Shown here one piece after another: positions 1 through 11,611 of a stretch of DNA of 64,000 bases; position 1 is the first letter of the stretch; each line of letters starts with the position of its first letter. The stretch lies in IMG/VR virus record IMGVR_UViG_3300017917_003859, positions 1 through 64,000 of that record; one strand, given 5' to 3'. The position numbers and the translations under genes are program-made. This stretch comes from a virus. The notes under the pieces are model-generated. The model had not been told where the DNA came from, searched no databases, and saw nothing but the letters and a program-made list of their open reading frames with translations.

Positions 1-2
1 AT

Positions 3-368
3 ATGAAAACTGATATTTTAAAAAAATTAATTAAAGAAGCAGTAAAGGAAGCTATTGCTGAAGAATTAAAGGATATTCTTTTAGAAGCAGTAAAATCTAA
101 TAAACAACCCATAACTGAATCTAATATTTCAGATATGAAAACATTAAATTTTACCACTAAATCTATTCCCCACCAAACCCCTAAATCTAATATGGATACT
201 AAAAAAGCATACATGGATATATTGGGAGAAATGGCTCAAGGACCTAAATCAGGTTTTGATGGAGAATTTAAAGTAAGAGGATCTGTTAATACTATGTCTG
301 AAGGAAGTTCATTGCCTGATGGGCAATTAGGACTAGATCAAATAATGAATTTAATTAATGGAAAATAA
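3..368 (+). CDS. hypothetical protein with N-terminal LKKLIKE amphipathic tag
   Basis: ORF at window edge; N-terminus MKTDILKKLIKEAVKEA resembles the tag on many genes downstream. Confidence 0.6.
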   Translation: MKTDILKKLIKEAVKEAIAEELKDILLEAVKSNKQPITESNISDMKTLNFTTKSIPHQTPKSNMDTKKAYMDILGEMAQGPKSGFDGEFKVRGSVNTMSEGSSLPDGQLGLDQIMNLINGK

Positions 369-772
369 TGGCATTTAATGCTAGAAAAATATATCCTTTA
401 GATACTAAACCTAGTGTAGCTGTTGGTATTGGATTACCATTTAATGGACCTGCTGTATTTAACTCTACATATTTAACTAAAGACGCTATAAAATCTAATT
501 TAATCAATTATTTTCTTACAGATAGATATGAGCGTTATTTAAATAATAATTTTGGTGCTAATTTAAAAGCTTTTATCTTTGAACAAATAAATAATGATAA
601 TATATCTTTTTTAAAAGAAGATATTCAAAATAAAATAAACCAATATTTTTCTAATATAAATGTAACTGATTTAGAAGTATTATCATATCCTGATAGTAAT
701 GAAATTAATATTAAACTATCTTATAGTATACCTAATACTAATATATCTGATAAAATAGAAATTACTTTTTAA
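368..772 (+). CDS. baseplate wedge protein, T4 gp25/GPW-like
   Basis: IKSNLINYFLT..ERY.NNNFGANL..FIFE motif; 134 aa; directly upstream of the gp6-like gene. Confidence 0.85.
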   Translation: MAFNARKIYPLDTKPSVAVGIGLPFNGPAVFNSTYLTKDAIKSNLINYFLTDRYERYLNNNFGANLKAFIFEQINNDNISFLKEDIQNKINQYFSNINVTDLEVLSYPDSNEINIKLSYSIPNTNISDKIEITF

Positions 773-775
773 TAA

Positions 776-2632
776 ATGGCTGATAGAAAAGATATAAAAT
801 ATTTAAATAGAGATTTTAATTCCTTTAGAACGGCATTAATAGACTATACAAAAACTTATTTCCCCACTACATACAATGATTTTAGTCCTGCATCCCCAGG
901 TATGATGGTAATGGAGATGGCAGCGTATGTTGGTGATGTTTTATCATTTTATTTAGATAATCAAGTACAAGAGACTTATTTACAATATGCTAGACAAACT
1001 AATAATTTGTTTGAATTAGCATACATGTTTAATTACACACCTAAAGTAACGGGCGCGGCTACTGTAACATTATCTGTATATCAATTATTGCCTTCAAAAC
1101 TAAGTGGTAGTACTTATATACCTGATTTTGATTATGCTTTAAGAGTAGGTAAAAATTCTACTGTAACTTCTACTTTAGTAGGGACCCCTTCATTTTTAAC
1201 CCAAAACGAAGTAGATTTTACAGTTTCAAGCTCAACTAATCCCACAGAAATAACTGTATACCAAATATCTTCAGGAAACCCTACATTTTTCTTATTAAAA
1301 AAAGAAGTTGAAGCTATTTCTGCTACTATAAATACTACTACTTTTTCTTTTGGAAGCCCACAGCAATTTCCTACGGTTACTGTTAATAATGATAGAATAA
1401 TTGGTGTATTAGATATAATAGATAATGAAGGAAATGAATGGTATGAGGTAGATCATTTAGCTCAAGATACTGTTTATACTTCTATAAAAAACACTAACCC
1501 TAATGATCCTAATAATTATCAAAATGTTGGTGATGCTCCATATTTATTAAAACTTCAACAAGTTCAAAGACGTTTTGCTACTAGATTTTTAAATTCTGGT
1601 TCATTACAATTACAATTTGGAGCAGGTACTACTAATGATTTTGATGAAACTATAGTTCCTAACCCATTTAATGTTGGGTTAGGTTTAACTTATGGACAGA
1701 GTAAATTAACTACTGCTTATAGTCCTACTAATTTTATTTTTACTAATACTTATGGTATTGCTCCTTCTAATACTACTTTAACAGTTAGATATTTAACAGG
1801 TGGTGGAGCATCAGCTAATATTCCTTCAAATACTTTAACTCAAATATCTGGAGATATTAGATTTTTAATAAATAATTTAAATTCAACAACTGCAAATACT
1901 ATATTTGCTTCTCTAGTTGTTAATAATTTAGAAGCAGCAGATGGAGGAAGTGACGGAGATTCAATTGAAGAAATTAGACAAAATACTATTTCAAATTATA
2001 GCACTCAATTAAGAACAGTTACTCAAGATGATTATTTAATTAGAGCTTTAAGTATGCCTTCACAATATGGAGATATAGCTAAAGCATATATTGAACCTAC
2101 TAAACTTGAAAATTTAAATATAGGTGAAATTCCATCAGTATTAGACTTATATATTTTAACTTATAATATAAATGGAAATTTAAATACAGCTTCATCTACA
2201 GTCAAACAAAATTTATCTACTTATTTATCTCAATATAGAGTAATAGGTGACTCTATTAGAATAAAAGATGCATTTATTATTAATATAGGAGCTAACTTTG
2301 ATATTATAGTTTTACCTGATTATAATAATAATGATGTGCTTAATAATTGTATACTAGCATTACAAGATTATTTTAATACTAGTAAATGGCAAATTAATCA
2401 GCCTATAATTTTAAAAGATCTTTATATTTTATTAGATAGAATAGAAGGAGTTCAAACAGTTAAAAATATTGAAATTATAAATAAAGTTGGAACTAGTTTA
2501 GGATATTCTCAATATGCTTATCCTATTAAAGGAGCTACTTATAATAATGTGGTATATCCTTCATTAGATCCTTCTATATTTGAATTAAGATATCCAAATC
2601 AAGATATTCAAGGAAGAGTAGTACCATTATAA
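776..2632 (+). CDS. baseplate wedge subunit, T4 gp6 / baseplate J-like
   Basis: YLNRDF...YNDF...AYVGDVLSFYLD N-terminus; LQFGAG; GG.DGDSIEEIR; R.VT..DY motifs. Confidence 0.9.
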   Translation: MADRKDIKYLNRDFNSFRTALIDYTKTYFPTTYNDFSPASPGMMVMEMAAYVGDVLSFYLDNQVQETYLQYARQTNNLFELAYMFNYTPKVTGAATVTLSVYQLLPSKLSGSTYIPDFDYALRVGKNSTVTSTLVGTPSFLTQNEVDFTVSSSTNPTEITVYQISSGNPTFFLLKKEVEAISATINTTTFSFGSPQQFPTVTVNNDRIIGVLDIIDNEGNEWYEVDHLAQDTVYTSIKNTNPNDPNNYQNVGDAPYLLKLQQVQRRFATRFLNSGSLQLQFGAGTTNDFDETIVPNPFNVGLGLTYGQSKLTTAYSPTNFIFTNTYGIAPSNTTLTVRYLTGGGASANIPSNTLTQISGDIRFLINNLNSTTANTIFASLVVNNLEAADGGSDGDSIEEIRQNTISNYSTQLRTVTQDDYLIRALSMPSQYGDIAKAYIEPTKLENLNIGEIPSVLDLYILTYNINGNLNTASSTVKQNLSTYLSQYRVIGDSIRIKDAFIINIGANFDIIVLPDYNNNDVLNNCILALQDYFNTSKWQINQPIILKDLYILLDRIEGVQTVKNIEIINKVGTSLGYSQYAYPIKGATYNNVVYPSLDPSIFELRYPNQDIQGRVVPL

Positions 2633-2646
2633 TAACTTACTAATAC

Positions 2647-3780
2647 ATGGCAATTTATAAAATATTCCCATACAAAGACACAACATTGTACTCTTTATAC
2701 CCAAATAAAAATACTGGGTTAGACTCTATATTAGAAATATATAATCAAACTCATTATAATAACCCAATTTTTATTTCTGCTGCTGAAGTCGCTAGAGCAT
2801 TAGTTGAATTTGATACTGAAGATATAATAGATGTTATAGATAATTTAATATCTAGTTCTTCATGGGAAGCTAATATTAAATTATTTAATGCTTTTACAAC
2901 TGGTATAAATAATAACACAACATTATTTCTATATCCTTTAGCCCAAGATTGGAATAATGGAACAGGAAAATCCACATATATCCCAGATGTAGAGGATGGT
3001 GCTAGTTGGACTTGGAATACATATAATGGAGGAACAACTTGGAATACTGCCTCTTTTGGACCATATATAACTGCTTCTTTTATTTCTTCAAACCCAGGAG
3101 GAGGAGTTTGGTATACAGGTTCATCAACAGGATTAAAATATGAAGTAACTCAATCTTTTGGGCTTAGATCTCCTAAAGATCTTAATATAAATATTACCGA
3201 TATAGTATCATCTTGGTACTCTGGAAGTATTGATAATTATGGAGTTATATTAAAACTAGATTCTTCTGTAGAATACAACCAAAGCTCTTCAGTTGACCCT
3301 GACTTTAAACTATTTTCAGTTGATACAAATACTATATATCCTCCTCAACTTGAGTTTAAATGGAATGATTATAATTTTATTACTTCTAGCGCTATCAATT
3401 TTATAACTTCATCTGATATGATAGTGGCTTTATCTAATAATAAAGGAATGTATAATCAAAATAGTATAGAAAAATTTAGATTAAATGTTCGTCCTCAATA
3501 TCCTCCTAGAGTATTTCAAACTAGTTCATTTTATATAACTAATTATTATTTACCTACATCTTCATATTATGCTATAAAAGATTTAGATACTAATGAATTT
3601 GTTGTAGATTTTGATAATAATTACACTAAAATAAGCGCTGACACTCAAGGAAATTACTTTAAAATATTTATGAATGGATTACAACCAGAACGATACTATA
3701 CTATGTTGGTAAAAACAATAATAAATGGAGAAACATTAATATTGGATAATGAAAATTATTTTAAAGTTGTAAATGGATAA
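2647..3780 (+). CDS. putative virion/baseplate protein
   Basis: Baseplate cluster context; beta-rich W/G/S/T composition. Confidence 0.55.
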   Translation: MAIYKIFPYKDTTLYSLYPNKNTGLDSILEIYNQTHYNNPIFISAAEVARALVEFDTEDIIDVIDNLISSSSWEANIKLFNAFTTGINNNTTLFLYPLAQDWNNGTGKSTYIPDVEDGASWTWNTYNGGTTWNTASFGPYITASFISSNPGGGVWYTGSSTGLKYEVTQSFGLRSPKDLNINITDIVSSWYSGSIDNYGVILKLDSSVEYNQSSSVDPDFKLFSVDTNTIYPPQLEFKWNDYNFITSSAINFITSSDMIVALSNNKGMYNQNSIEKFRLNVRPQYPPRVFQTSSFYITNYYLPTSSYYAIKDLDTNEFVVDFDNNYTKISADTQGNYFKIFMNGLQPERYYTMLVKTIINGETLILDNENYFKVVNG

Positions 3781-4120
3781 ATTAATTTTAAATAAAACAG
3801 TATACGAAAAGAACCAATATTCTAATGTTATAAATACTACTTTTTCTCAATTGGTTCCTCCTCCAGCAGTGACGTCTTCTATAACTGTAGAAGATCAAAT
3901 TGCATCTTTTTTTAATCAATATCAAAGTTTATTTTATGATATTCCTAAAACTGGAGAAGTAAATTCTCATGAATATCTAGTTAAACAAAGTAGTGAATAT
4001 ATTAATTATAATTTTATAGATGAAGATGTGCAAGCTCTTTTAGATGAAATTACTTCTTTAAGAGAAGAAAATTTGACTTTACAAAAACAAATTATAGATT
4101 TAAGTACCTCAAATAAATAG
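3773..4120 (+). CDS. hypothetical protein with C-terminal coiled coil
   Basis: Overlaps neighbours in operon fashion; LLDEITSLREENLTLQKQI heptads. Confidence 0.6.
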   Translation: MDKLILNKTVYEKNQYSNVINTTFSQLVPPPAVTSSITVEDQIASFFNQYQSLFYDIPKTGEVNSHEYLVKQSSEYINYNFIDEDVQALLDEITSLREENLTLQKQIIDLSTSNK

Positions 4121-7100
4121 TGAGTATTATATCCAACATACAATCCGTTAATGCTGATAATTTGGAATTCCAAAACTACCAGCAAAGTGATAGTAATTTA
4201 ATTTCTAATTTTACTATTAATAATATACCTTTTACTTCAAGTATTGATAAAATTGAATATTATGTTTTTGATGCTAATCAGAATTTAATTAATACTGAGT
4301 ATGATTATAAAAATTATTCATTAATAGATAATGATGTAACTATTGATCCTCAAACTGATTTAACTTCTATAGGATTTGAAGAAGGACAATATTATACATT
4401 ATATCATTTTATAACTCTTTTATTAAATTCTTCTCCTACCAACACTTATTTCATTTCAGAAATTAGTTCAGATAGAACAGAATTAAGATTATCATCTAAT
4501 ATTTTAGATTCTGCTTCTATAGTAAATGGATATAACGATTTTATAACTCAATATAGTAATGAAAATTATTTTTTTGATTTTTATTTAAATTTTGGAAATA
4601 ATAATTTAATTATTGCAAATAATATTTTATTAAGTGGTAATACTATTTTAATAAAATTATATGAACCTCTTCCACCTCAATTAGATTTAAAATCTGAATT
4701 GTGGGTAGTAAATAAAATATCTGATTCTATAGCATATTTTATAGAATTAATTTCTGTATTTGAAAATATAGATGGAGTTATAAATTTAAAAGGACCTAAT
4801 TTAAATATTCCTCTTAAAGATAAAATTAATAATTCCACAGAATATATTAATTATACAACATTACAAACATCATCGTTATCTTCTTTATCTAACCAATTAA
4901 ATAATATTTTATTAAATAAATCTATTAGGTTAAATATAGATTATTCTGATTATTCTAATTTTATTCATTTTTCATCTGCTGAAACTAGATTAGAAAATTT
5001 TTACTATAAATTATCTTTAATTGAACAATACAATCAGCAATATTTAAGTTCTTCTACATATTTTACTACTTCTAGTCAAAATGTGTATTTTAATAAAATT
5101 AAAGAAATTGAAGAAGGTTTTGATGGATATGAATATTATCTATACTATTCTTCAGGTAGCACTGCTTGGCCTAAATCTAATTCTATTCAACCATATATAA
5201 ATTATTCAACTACCTCTTCTCAAGCCACAACTTGGTTAGCAGGACAGTTATCGTCAGCATCATTGTATGATTCTGAAAATAAAGATGCATTAATAAATGC
5301 TATTCCTTTATACTTGTTAGAAGATTCACAAAATGCTCCGTATGAATTATTTATAGAAATGTTAGGTCAACATTTTGATACTATATATTTGTATCTTAAT
5401 GAAATTACTAATAAATACAATTCTGATAATAGAATAGATCATGGGTCTTCTATAGATTTAATTTCTGATATATTAAAAGATTTTGGAGTTAAAATATACC
5501 AGAATAATTTTTCTACAGATGATCTTTATACTTCATTTTTAGGTATAACTAATAATTTAAGTTTTTTACCTCCTACTGGAAGTGAATTAATAACTAATTA
5601 TGTGACTGCTTCTAATAATATTATTCCTTTAGAAAATGTAAATGCAGAAACATATAAAAGAATATATCATAATTTACCATTATTATTTAAAAAGAAAGGT
5701 ACTGTTGAAGGATTAAGATTATTAATTAATTTATATGGTATTCCTGATACTATATTGAGAATAAATGAATTTGGAGGTAAAAATAAAAATAATTCAAATG
5801 ATTGGGATCAATTTCAAAATCAATTCAATTATGAATTTTTTACTACTAGTTCTGGATATTTAAAAAAGGATATAATAGATTTTAATTCAATTCCTGGAAA
5901 TGTTTATTCTACTGAATCATTTTCTGTTGAATTTAGATTTAAAACAACAGGTATACCTGTTACTTCTAGTTTTAGTCAATCTTTAGCTTATTTTACTCCT
6001 GATTTTAATTTTAATTTAGTATTAGAATATACAGGAAGTGGCTATTCTTCTGGATCATATGATGGTTCTATCCCTGATTTATATAATCAATATGGTACTT
6101 TAAAATTAATAGATAATAATAATACCTCGGCTAGTGTATATTTACCTTTCTTTGATAATGAATGGTGGTCTATATTAGCTACTTTTAATAACTATACTTG
6201 TAGTTTATATGCTAAAAACAAAATATATACGGGGTATGATGGTAATGAAATAGGATTTCAAGGATCTAGTAGTTTTATAGGTACTGATTTTTGGATTCCT
6301 AATAGTCAAAGTTTTTATCTTTCTTATTTTTCTAATAAAACTATAGCTGGAAAAAATTATACTCCTTTTTCTGGATCTTTTCAAGAATTAAGATTTTACA
6401 TAAATTCATTAAGTGAAAGTGTATTTAATGATTATGTTATGAATCCTTATTCTATTGAATCTAATCAATTAACTAGTTCTTTAAATTCATTAATATTTAG
6501 AGCCCCTTTAGGTACATTCTTAGATACCAGTAGTTCTATTAGAAATTCATTACACCCAGCTTATCCTGCTACTCAATCTTTTATATCTGCTAGTACTAGT
6601 GAATATGTTTTAAGCGGTTCTTATTCTTTTGTGCCTAATATAGAATTGATATATTTAGATCAATTCCCTAATGGTATTAAAAATGTAATATCTAATAAAA
6701 TAAGAATTGAAAATAATATTTTACCTGAAGGAGATACTTTATCACAATATATTTCTATTCAACAAAAATTTCCTGTAAGTGAAAGTTATACTAGAGATGT
6801 TAATTATGTTGAAGTAGGATTTTCTCCTCAAAATGAAATAAATACAGATATTATTTCTCAATTAGGATATTTCGATATCGGAGATTATATAGGTGATCCT
6901 AGACAATTAATAAATACTAGTACTAGTTATTATCCTGATTTTAATAAAATACGAGATTATTATTTTGAAAAATATCAATCTAATTATAATTTAACTGATT
7001 ATATAAGATTAATTAAATATTTTGATAATTCTTTATTTAAACTAATTAAAGATTTTACTCCAGCTCGAACTAGCTTAGCTTCAGGAGTAATAATTAAACA

Positions 7101-7623
7101 GCATTTGTTAGAAAGAAATAGATATTCTCCCCCACAAATGTCTTATACTACTCATGATTATTCATCATCTGTAGCTTCTTATCCTTATAATTATTCTACT
7201 TCTAGTGTTTTATATAAGGTTAAAGGAGAAACAGGGGGGGTAATGCCTAATTTGAATGGTAGTATTAGTAGTAGTTTAAACTACCCTGGAGCTGTAAATG
7301 TTACTCAAAGTTGGATAAGATCCTTTGGAGGTCCAACAGGTATTTCTTACATTACTCAAAGTAGCCAATATGAATTTTTTAATGGGGAGTTTAGTGGATC
7401 TTCTATTCAAGTATCTGCTGAATCATTAAATGATGGAGCTACTTTATTTAATAATATTAATGCTTTTAAATATACTCCTGTTTTGTATAAAGCTGATTCA
7501 ACAGATATTGATGTATTTTTAAATTCAACCACAGCCCCAAATCAAGGAGAAATATTTATTTATATATCTTCAATTCAATTAACTATAGATTCTGGAGGAC
7601 CATCTTCACCATCTCCATTATAA
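4120..7623 (+). CDS. large baseplate/virion protein with probable LamG/ConA-like domain
   Basis: 1167 aa, GTG start; KKGT..GLR.LI..YGIP baseplate-like motif; SVEFRFK...WWS...FSGSFQELRFY LamG-like pattern. Confidence 0.65.
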   Translation: MSIISNIQSVNADNLEFQNYQQSDSNLISNFTINNIPFTSSIDKIEYYVFDANQNLINTEYDYKNYSLIDNDVTIDPQTDLTSIGFEEGQYYTLYHFITLLLNSSPTNTYFISEISSDRTELRLSSNILDSASIVNGYNDFITQYSNENYFFDFYLNFGNNNLIIANNILLSGNTILIKLYEPLPPQLDLKSELWVVNKISDSIAYFIELISVFENIDGVINLKGPNLNIPLKDKINNSTEYINYTTLQTSSLSSLSNQLNNILLNKSIRLNIDYSDYSNFIHFSSAETRLENFYYKLSLIEQYNQQYLSSSTYFTTSSQNVYFNKIKEIEEGFDGYEYYLYYSSGSTAWPKSNSIQPYINYSTTSSQATTWLAGQLSSASLYDSENKDALINAIPLYLLEDSQNAPYELFIEMLGQHFDTIYLYLNEITNKYNSDNRIDHGSSIDLISDILKDFGVKIYQNNFSTDDLYTSFLGITNNLSFLPPTGSELITNYVTASNNIIPLENVNAETYKRIYHNLPLLFKKKGTVEGLRLLINLYGIPDTILRINEFGGKNKNNSNDWDQFQNQFNYEFFTTSSGYLKKDIIDFNSIPGNVYSTESFSVEFRFKTTGIPVTSSFSQSLAYFTPDFNFNLVLEYTGSGYSSGSYDGSIPDLYNQYGTLKLIDNNNTSASVYLPFFDNEWWSILATFNNYTCSLYAKNKIYTGYDGNEIGFQGSSSFIGTDFWIPNSQSFYLSYFSNKTIAGKNYTPFSGSFQELRFYINSLSESVFNDYVMNPYSIESNQLTSSLNSLIFRAPLGTFLDTSSSIRNSLHPAYPATQSFISASTSEYVLSGSYSFVPNIELIYLDQFPNGIKNVISNKIRIENNILPEGDTLSQYISIQQKFPVSESYTRDVNYVEVGFSPQNEINTDIISQLGYFDIGDYIGDPRQLINTSTSYYPDFNKIRDYYFEKYQSNYNLTDYIRLIKYFDNSLFKLIKDFTPARTSLASGVIIKQHLLERNRYSPPQMSYTTHDYSSSVASYPYNYSTSSVLYKVKGETGGVMPNLNGSISSSLNYPGAVNVTQSWIRSFGGPTGISYITQSSQYEFFNGEFSGSSIQVSAESLNDGATLFNNINAFKYTPVLYKADSTDIDVFLNSTTAPNQGEIFIYISSIQLTIDSGGPSSPSPL

Positions 7624-7635
7624 TAAATTAGAATA

Positions 7636-9861
7636 ATGAATTATTATTTATCATATATAAAAATTAATAAGATTGATGTTCAAGGAGCAAATGTATCTAC
7701 TTATTTAAAAGAAGTTTTAGATATTAAATTAAATTATACTGATATTTCTCCAATAACTTTTGAAATATCTACTATAATTGAATATTCAACATATTATTTA
7801 GTTTTGATTAAATTTCAAGGATATGGGGCTTTAAATACTTTAGCTAGTAGTTCTAATAACCATATTCGAGACTACTCTCTTTCAGCTGTAGGACAAAATG
7901 CCTATGGTCCTGGATCTGGAGAAATATTATTGCCTTTAGGTTCTAAAACATATGGTCCTATTGATTTACAAAATGTGATAACTGATGCTCAATCATATTT
8001 TAATAATATTACTGGAGAATACACATTTGGGAATGTACCTAACACATTGCTAAAAATTACAGCATCTTTAGATGTATCATGTCCTGTTAATTCATCATAT
8101 AGAAGTTCTATATATAATTTTACTAAAGGAATAGATTTAATAACTAGTTCTGCCACCTCTATCACTGCAGGTACTACAGCATCTATAACTTTTAAAGGAA
8201 CTATTCTTTCTCAACAATATGGAGATGTAATAGGATTAAAATTATACCATAATGGAAATTATAATACTCAGCAATTAGCCATTCAGGGTTCTACTATTTT
8301 GATGACAGGTATCTCTCTTCAAAATACCGGAGTAAGTGGCTCAGGAGATACTTTAATAATAACTACTCCTGGACTATCTTCAGATAATCCACTATATGGT
8401 AATTATACAGAATTCCCTATTAATTCAAAATACACACTATTACCTCCAGATCCATACATTCCAGTTATAGAATTTAATTCAATATTATCAGGCTCATTTA
8501 CTAAATCTACTGTAAGTCAATATGGATATGAATTAAAACGCTCTGTTTATCCTAGATATTTAGGAAGTAGATATACTACAGATGGATTTAATACCAATTC
8601 TATATCTCAATCTATATTAGTTCAATCTTCAACCAAAATGTATTTAAATCCGATGATGAATGATTTGGTTCCGGCTAATGATTGGAATACTACTATCTTC
8701 GAATTTAATGGAGGAAAACCTTGTATTGAATTACCATTAACTAGTAGAATTGATATATCTCAAATTATCAATACAGATAATACATCCTCAGTTTCTACTT
8801 TATCTCCATTAGATCAATCTTTTAATTTTATTATTCAAAATAAATTAGCATTAAATAGTATCCCTAATATATCTCAATATATTACAGACTATATAATCCC
8901 ATCAGATACTAAAATTATATCTAACAATGTTTCTCCAACTCCAGTATTTATAGGAACATCATACCCTCAAGATTGGTCATATGTTACTAGTTCAACTTCA
9001 AATGGGTCTGGTCCTAATTATTTTTTAAAAAATGATGGAAGTTTTTATAGAATTAAAAAATATGTTCCTGGAGATAATTTTACTGCTTCTTTTACTGTAT
9101 TTGAAGGTACTATAAATACCAATAATTGTATAATGCAAGCAACAAATGGTAATAATGCAAATATAGATTTTTTTACTACTTGGACTAAAGGAACTGTAAT
9201 AGAAAAAATCCCATACTATAATACTCAGTTTCTTATAGACAATTCAACATTCAATCTCTACTCAGGATGGTATGCTTTTAAAGATGATAAAAATCAATAT
9301 TACCCAAAAGGATTTATAACTGGATCAGATATTAGTAGATCTATAGCTGAAGGAAAAAATAATGGAGAAAGATGGTTTGTAAGTTTATATAGTAATAATT
9401 TTATATCTCCTGTTAATGTAAATGAAATTAGTAAATATCCTAACAATTTTACTTCCTCATTAGACATAACCCAATACCCATTTCAATTTAACGCAGCTTA
9501 TGAAATAGATAATATAATACCCGCAAATGTATATCATAAACTTGATAGTCCTAATGTCTCTACATATGTAACTGAACCTATGTATACTTTTACTTTTAAA
9601 AATATACCATCTGGAAAAAGTATTGTAGAACCTCCATTTTCAACAGGTTTCCCTCCTGCCCCTCCGGGTTCATATTATTCTGGAGGAACTGGAAATAATG
9701 GGTTTGTAATTTGGAAAACCACTCCTAATTCAAATACTTTACTATTTAATAATATATATTTACAAAATTTAGGCCCTGGCAATTTAATCTCAGACAATAC
9801 TCACCCAATAATTAAAGAAAATTTAAATTATATAACAAAAACATTTGGAAATAGAACTTAG
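7636..9861 (+). CDS. putative virion structural protein
   Basis: 741 aa, S/T/N/I-rich, in the baseplate cluster. Confidence 0.5.
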   Translation: MNYYLSYIKINKIDVQGANVSTYLKEVLDIKLNYTDISPITFEISTIIEYSTYYLVLIKFQGYGALNTLASSSNNHIRDYSLSAVGQNAYGPGSGEILLPLGSKTYGPIDLQNVITDAQSYFNNITGEYTFGNVPNTLLKITASLDVSCPVNSSYRSSIYNFTKGIDLITSSATSITAGTTASITFKGTILSQQYGDVIGLKLYHNGNYNTQQLAIQGSTILMTGISLQNTGVSGSGDTLIITTPGLSSDNPLYGNYTEFPINSKYTLLPPDPYIPVIEFNSILSGSFTKSTVSQYGYELKRSVYPRYLGSRYTTDGFNTNSISQSILVQSSTKMYLNPMMNDLVPANDWNTTIFEFNGGKPCIELPLTSRIDISQIINTDNTSSVSTLSPLDQSFNFIIQNKLALNSIPNISQYITDYIIPSDTKIISNNVSPTPVFIGTSYPQDWSYVTSSTSNGSGPNYFLKNDGSFYRIKKYVPGDNFTASFTVFEGTINTNNCIMQATNGNNANIDFFTTWTKGTVIEKIPYYNTQFLIDNSTFNLYSGWYAFKDDKNQYYPKGFITGSDISRSIAEGKNNGERWFVSLYSNNFISPVNVNEISKYPNNFTSSLDITQYPFQFNAAYEIDNIIPANVYHKLDSPNVSTYVTEPMYTFTFKNIPSGKSIVEPPFSTGFPPAPPGSYYSGGTGNNGFVIWKTTPNSNTLLFNNIYLQNLGPGNLISDNTHPIIKENLNYITKTFGNRT

Positions 9862-9868
9862 ATTTATT

Positions 9869-9883
9869 AATATGTATAATAAA
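9869..9883 (+). promoter_or_regulatory. putative late promoter, variant AATATGTATAATAAA
   Basis: One-mismatch copy of the recurrent ATATTTATAATAAA motif, 11 nt before the ATG. Confidence 0.55.
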
Positions 9884-9894
9884 TATTAAAAACA

Positions 9895-10551
9895 ATGGGA
9901 TATCTTAACAATTCTGTATTAACAATAGACGCTATTTTAACTACTAAAGGTCGTGAACTTTTAGCAAAAGGTGATGGTTCATTTAAAATTACTCAATTTT
10001 CATTAGCTGATGATGAAATTGATTATACTTTATATAATCCTAACCATCCATCTGGATCAGCATATTACGGTCAAGCAATCGAAAACATGCCATTATTAGA
10101 AGCATTTCCTGAAGAAACTCAGGTAATGAAATATAAATTAGTTACCTTACCTAGAGGTACAGCCAAGATGCCTATCTTAGATTTAGGGTATGGTGCTGTT
10201 GTATTGAAACAAGGAGCTTCATTAGCTATTACTCCCCAAACTCTTAATTATTTAGGTAGTAACCAAACATTTGAATCATCAGGATATACTGCAACTATTT
10301 CAGATGTTCGTTTATTCAACACATTTAATGGAGTAGGTATTCAAACTCCTGAAGCTCAAGCTTTAAATACAACTACTACATTAGGTACAAATGTATCTAA
10401 AACTGTTGTAGGTACTACTATTAACTTAACAGCTACTACTATTAATACATTATTTGGTTCAAATACCGAATTATATGCTTCATTAACTGTAGTAGGAAGA
10501 GATAGTGGTGCTCGTTCAATCATTCCTGTAACAATTAAAAAAACCCAATAA
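9895..10551 (+). CDS. virion protein with tail-collar-like N-terminus
   Basis: DAILTTKGRELLA...ITQFSLADDEIDY motif typical of large-myophage baseplate/collar proteins. Confidence 0.6.
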   Translation: MGYLNNSVLTIDAILTTKGRELLAKGDGSFKITQFSLADDEIDYTLYNPNHPSGSAYYGQAIENMPLLEAFPEETQVMKYKLVTLPRGTAKMPILDLGYGAVVLKQGASLAITPQTLNYLGSNQTFESSGYTATISDVRLFNTFNGVGIQTPEAQALNTTTTLGTNVSKTVVGTTINLTATTINTLFGSNTELYASLTVVGRDSGARSIIPVTIKKTQ

Positions 10552-10570
10552 TTAATATAAATTAAAAAAC

Positions 10571-11608
10571 ATGTCATTTAGTAGATTAGATCCTCAAGAC
10601 TTTTTAATATCAGCTGACGCTATCACTTCAGCAATATGGACCAATTATGTTCCTACATTAACTGCTAATAGTATGTATACTTCTTCTACTCAAGCAGCAA
10701 GTACTGCTGGAGCTTATTATTTAAGTGTATATAATACTAGTTCAACTTTATCTACTGCAGAAATACAGTTTGATATTACTTATGGAAATAAAATAGGTAG
10801 TGGTAGTTTATGGTACGATTCTTCAGTACCTGGAGCTTCACCAACTAAAACTATATATGGTCAATATAGAAGTTTAGTTTTAGGAGATGAAAATGCTGAT
10901 TTTATTTTTGGTAATTACACTTCTTCACAATTTTTTGTTATTTCTGTTGAGAGAAATCGTTATAAAGAATCATTATTCCCAGGTTCATTAAGTTTAACTT
11001 TAGGATCAGGAAGTAATAGAATTACTTTAACTGATGATTCAAGAATTACTAATTCTAATGTATTTAAAGATGCGGGTCGAGTATATAATTTAGTAAGTGG
11101 TTCATCAGGAACCGTTTATACTGGAGTAAATTCTCGTGGATGGGCTGGAGGAGTAACAGCAGCCTCAGGATCATATGGTTGGTTTTTACCAGACATTGCT
11201 ACATTAATATTTAACCCAGAAGCATTATCTGCAGCTGTAGCTGATGGAGGAATTGAATTGTCAGCTAATACTGGATCTAATGTTATAAATACTAACCCAG
11301 CAATTTTGTATTCTTCACTAAAAACAGGGAGTAATTTTACTTTAAATTCCCAAGAAACTATAACTTCAGATTATGTATTTGTTAGAGCTAGAAATGCCGA
11401 ATACAATTACTCAGAAAATCCAAGTTTTATTTCTGGAAGTAATGGAACAGTATTGTATGATACATTTATAAATAATCCTCAAACTTTTGTAACTACTATA
11501 GGATTGTATAATGATAATAATGAATTATTAGCTGTAGCTAAATTATCAAAACCTCTTAAAAAGGATTTCACTAAAGAAATGCTTGTTAGAGTAAAATTAG
11601 ATTTTTAA
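10571..11608 (+). CDS. virion baseplate/collar protein, paralog of the next gene
   Basis: C-terminal TTIGLYND.NELLAVAKLSKPL domain. Confidence 0.6.
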   Translation: MSFSRLDPQDFLISADAITSAIWTNYVPTLTANSMYTSSTQAASTAGAYYLSVYNTSSTLSTAEIQFDITYGNKIGSGSLWYDSSVPGASPTKTIYGQYRSLVLGDENADFIFGNYTSSQFFVISVERNRYKESLFPGSLSLTLGSGSNRITLTDDSRITNSNVFKDAGRVYNLVSGSSGTVYTGVNSRGWAGGVTAASGSYGWFLPDIATLIFNPEALSAAVADGGIELSANTGSNVINTNPAILYSSLKTGSNFTLNSQETITSDYVFVRARNAEYNYSENPSFISGSNGTVLYDTFINNPQTFVTTIGLYNDNNELLAVAKLSKPLKKDFTKEMLVRVKLDF

Positions 11609-11611
11609 TGA

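Noticed and set aside
7560-7700. Possible split or readthrough between the 1167-aa and 741-aa virion genes
   Set aside because: Tandem TAATAA stops and a normal A-rich ATG context; no slippery site; cannot be supported without homologues
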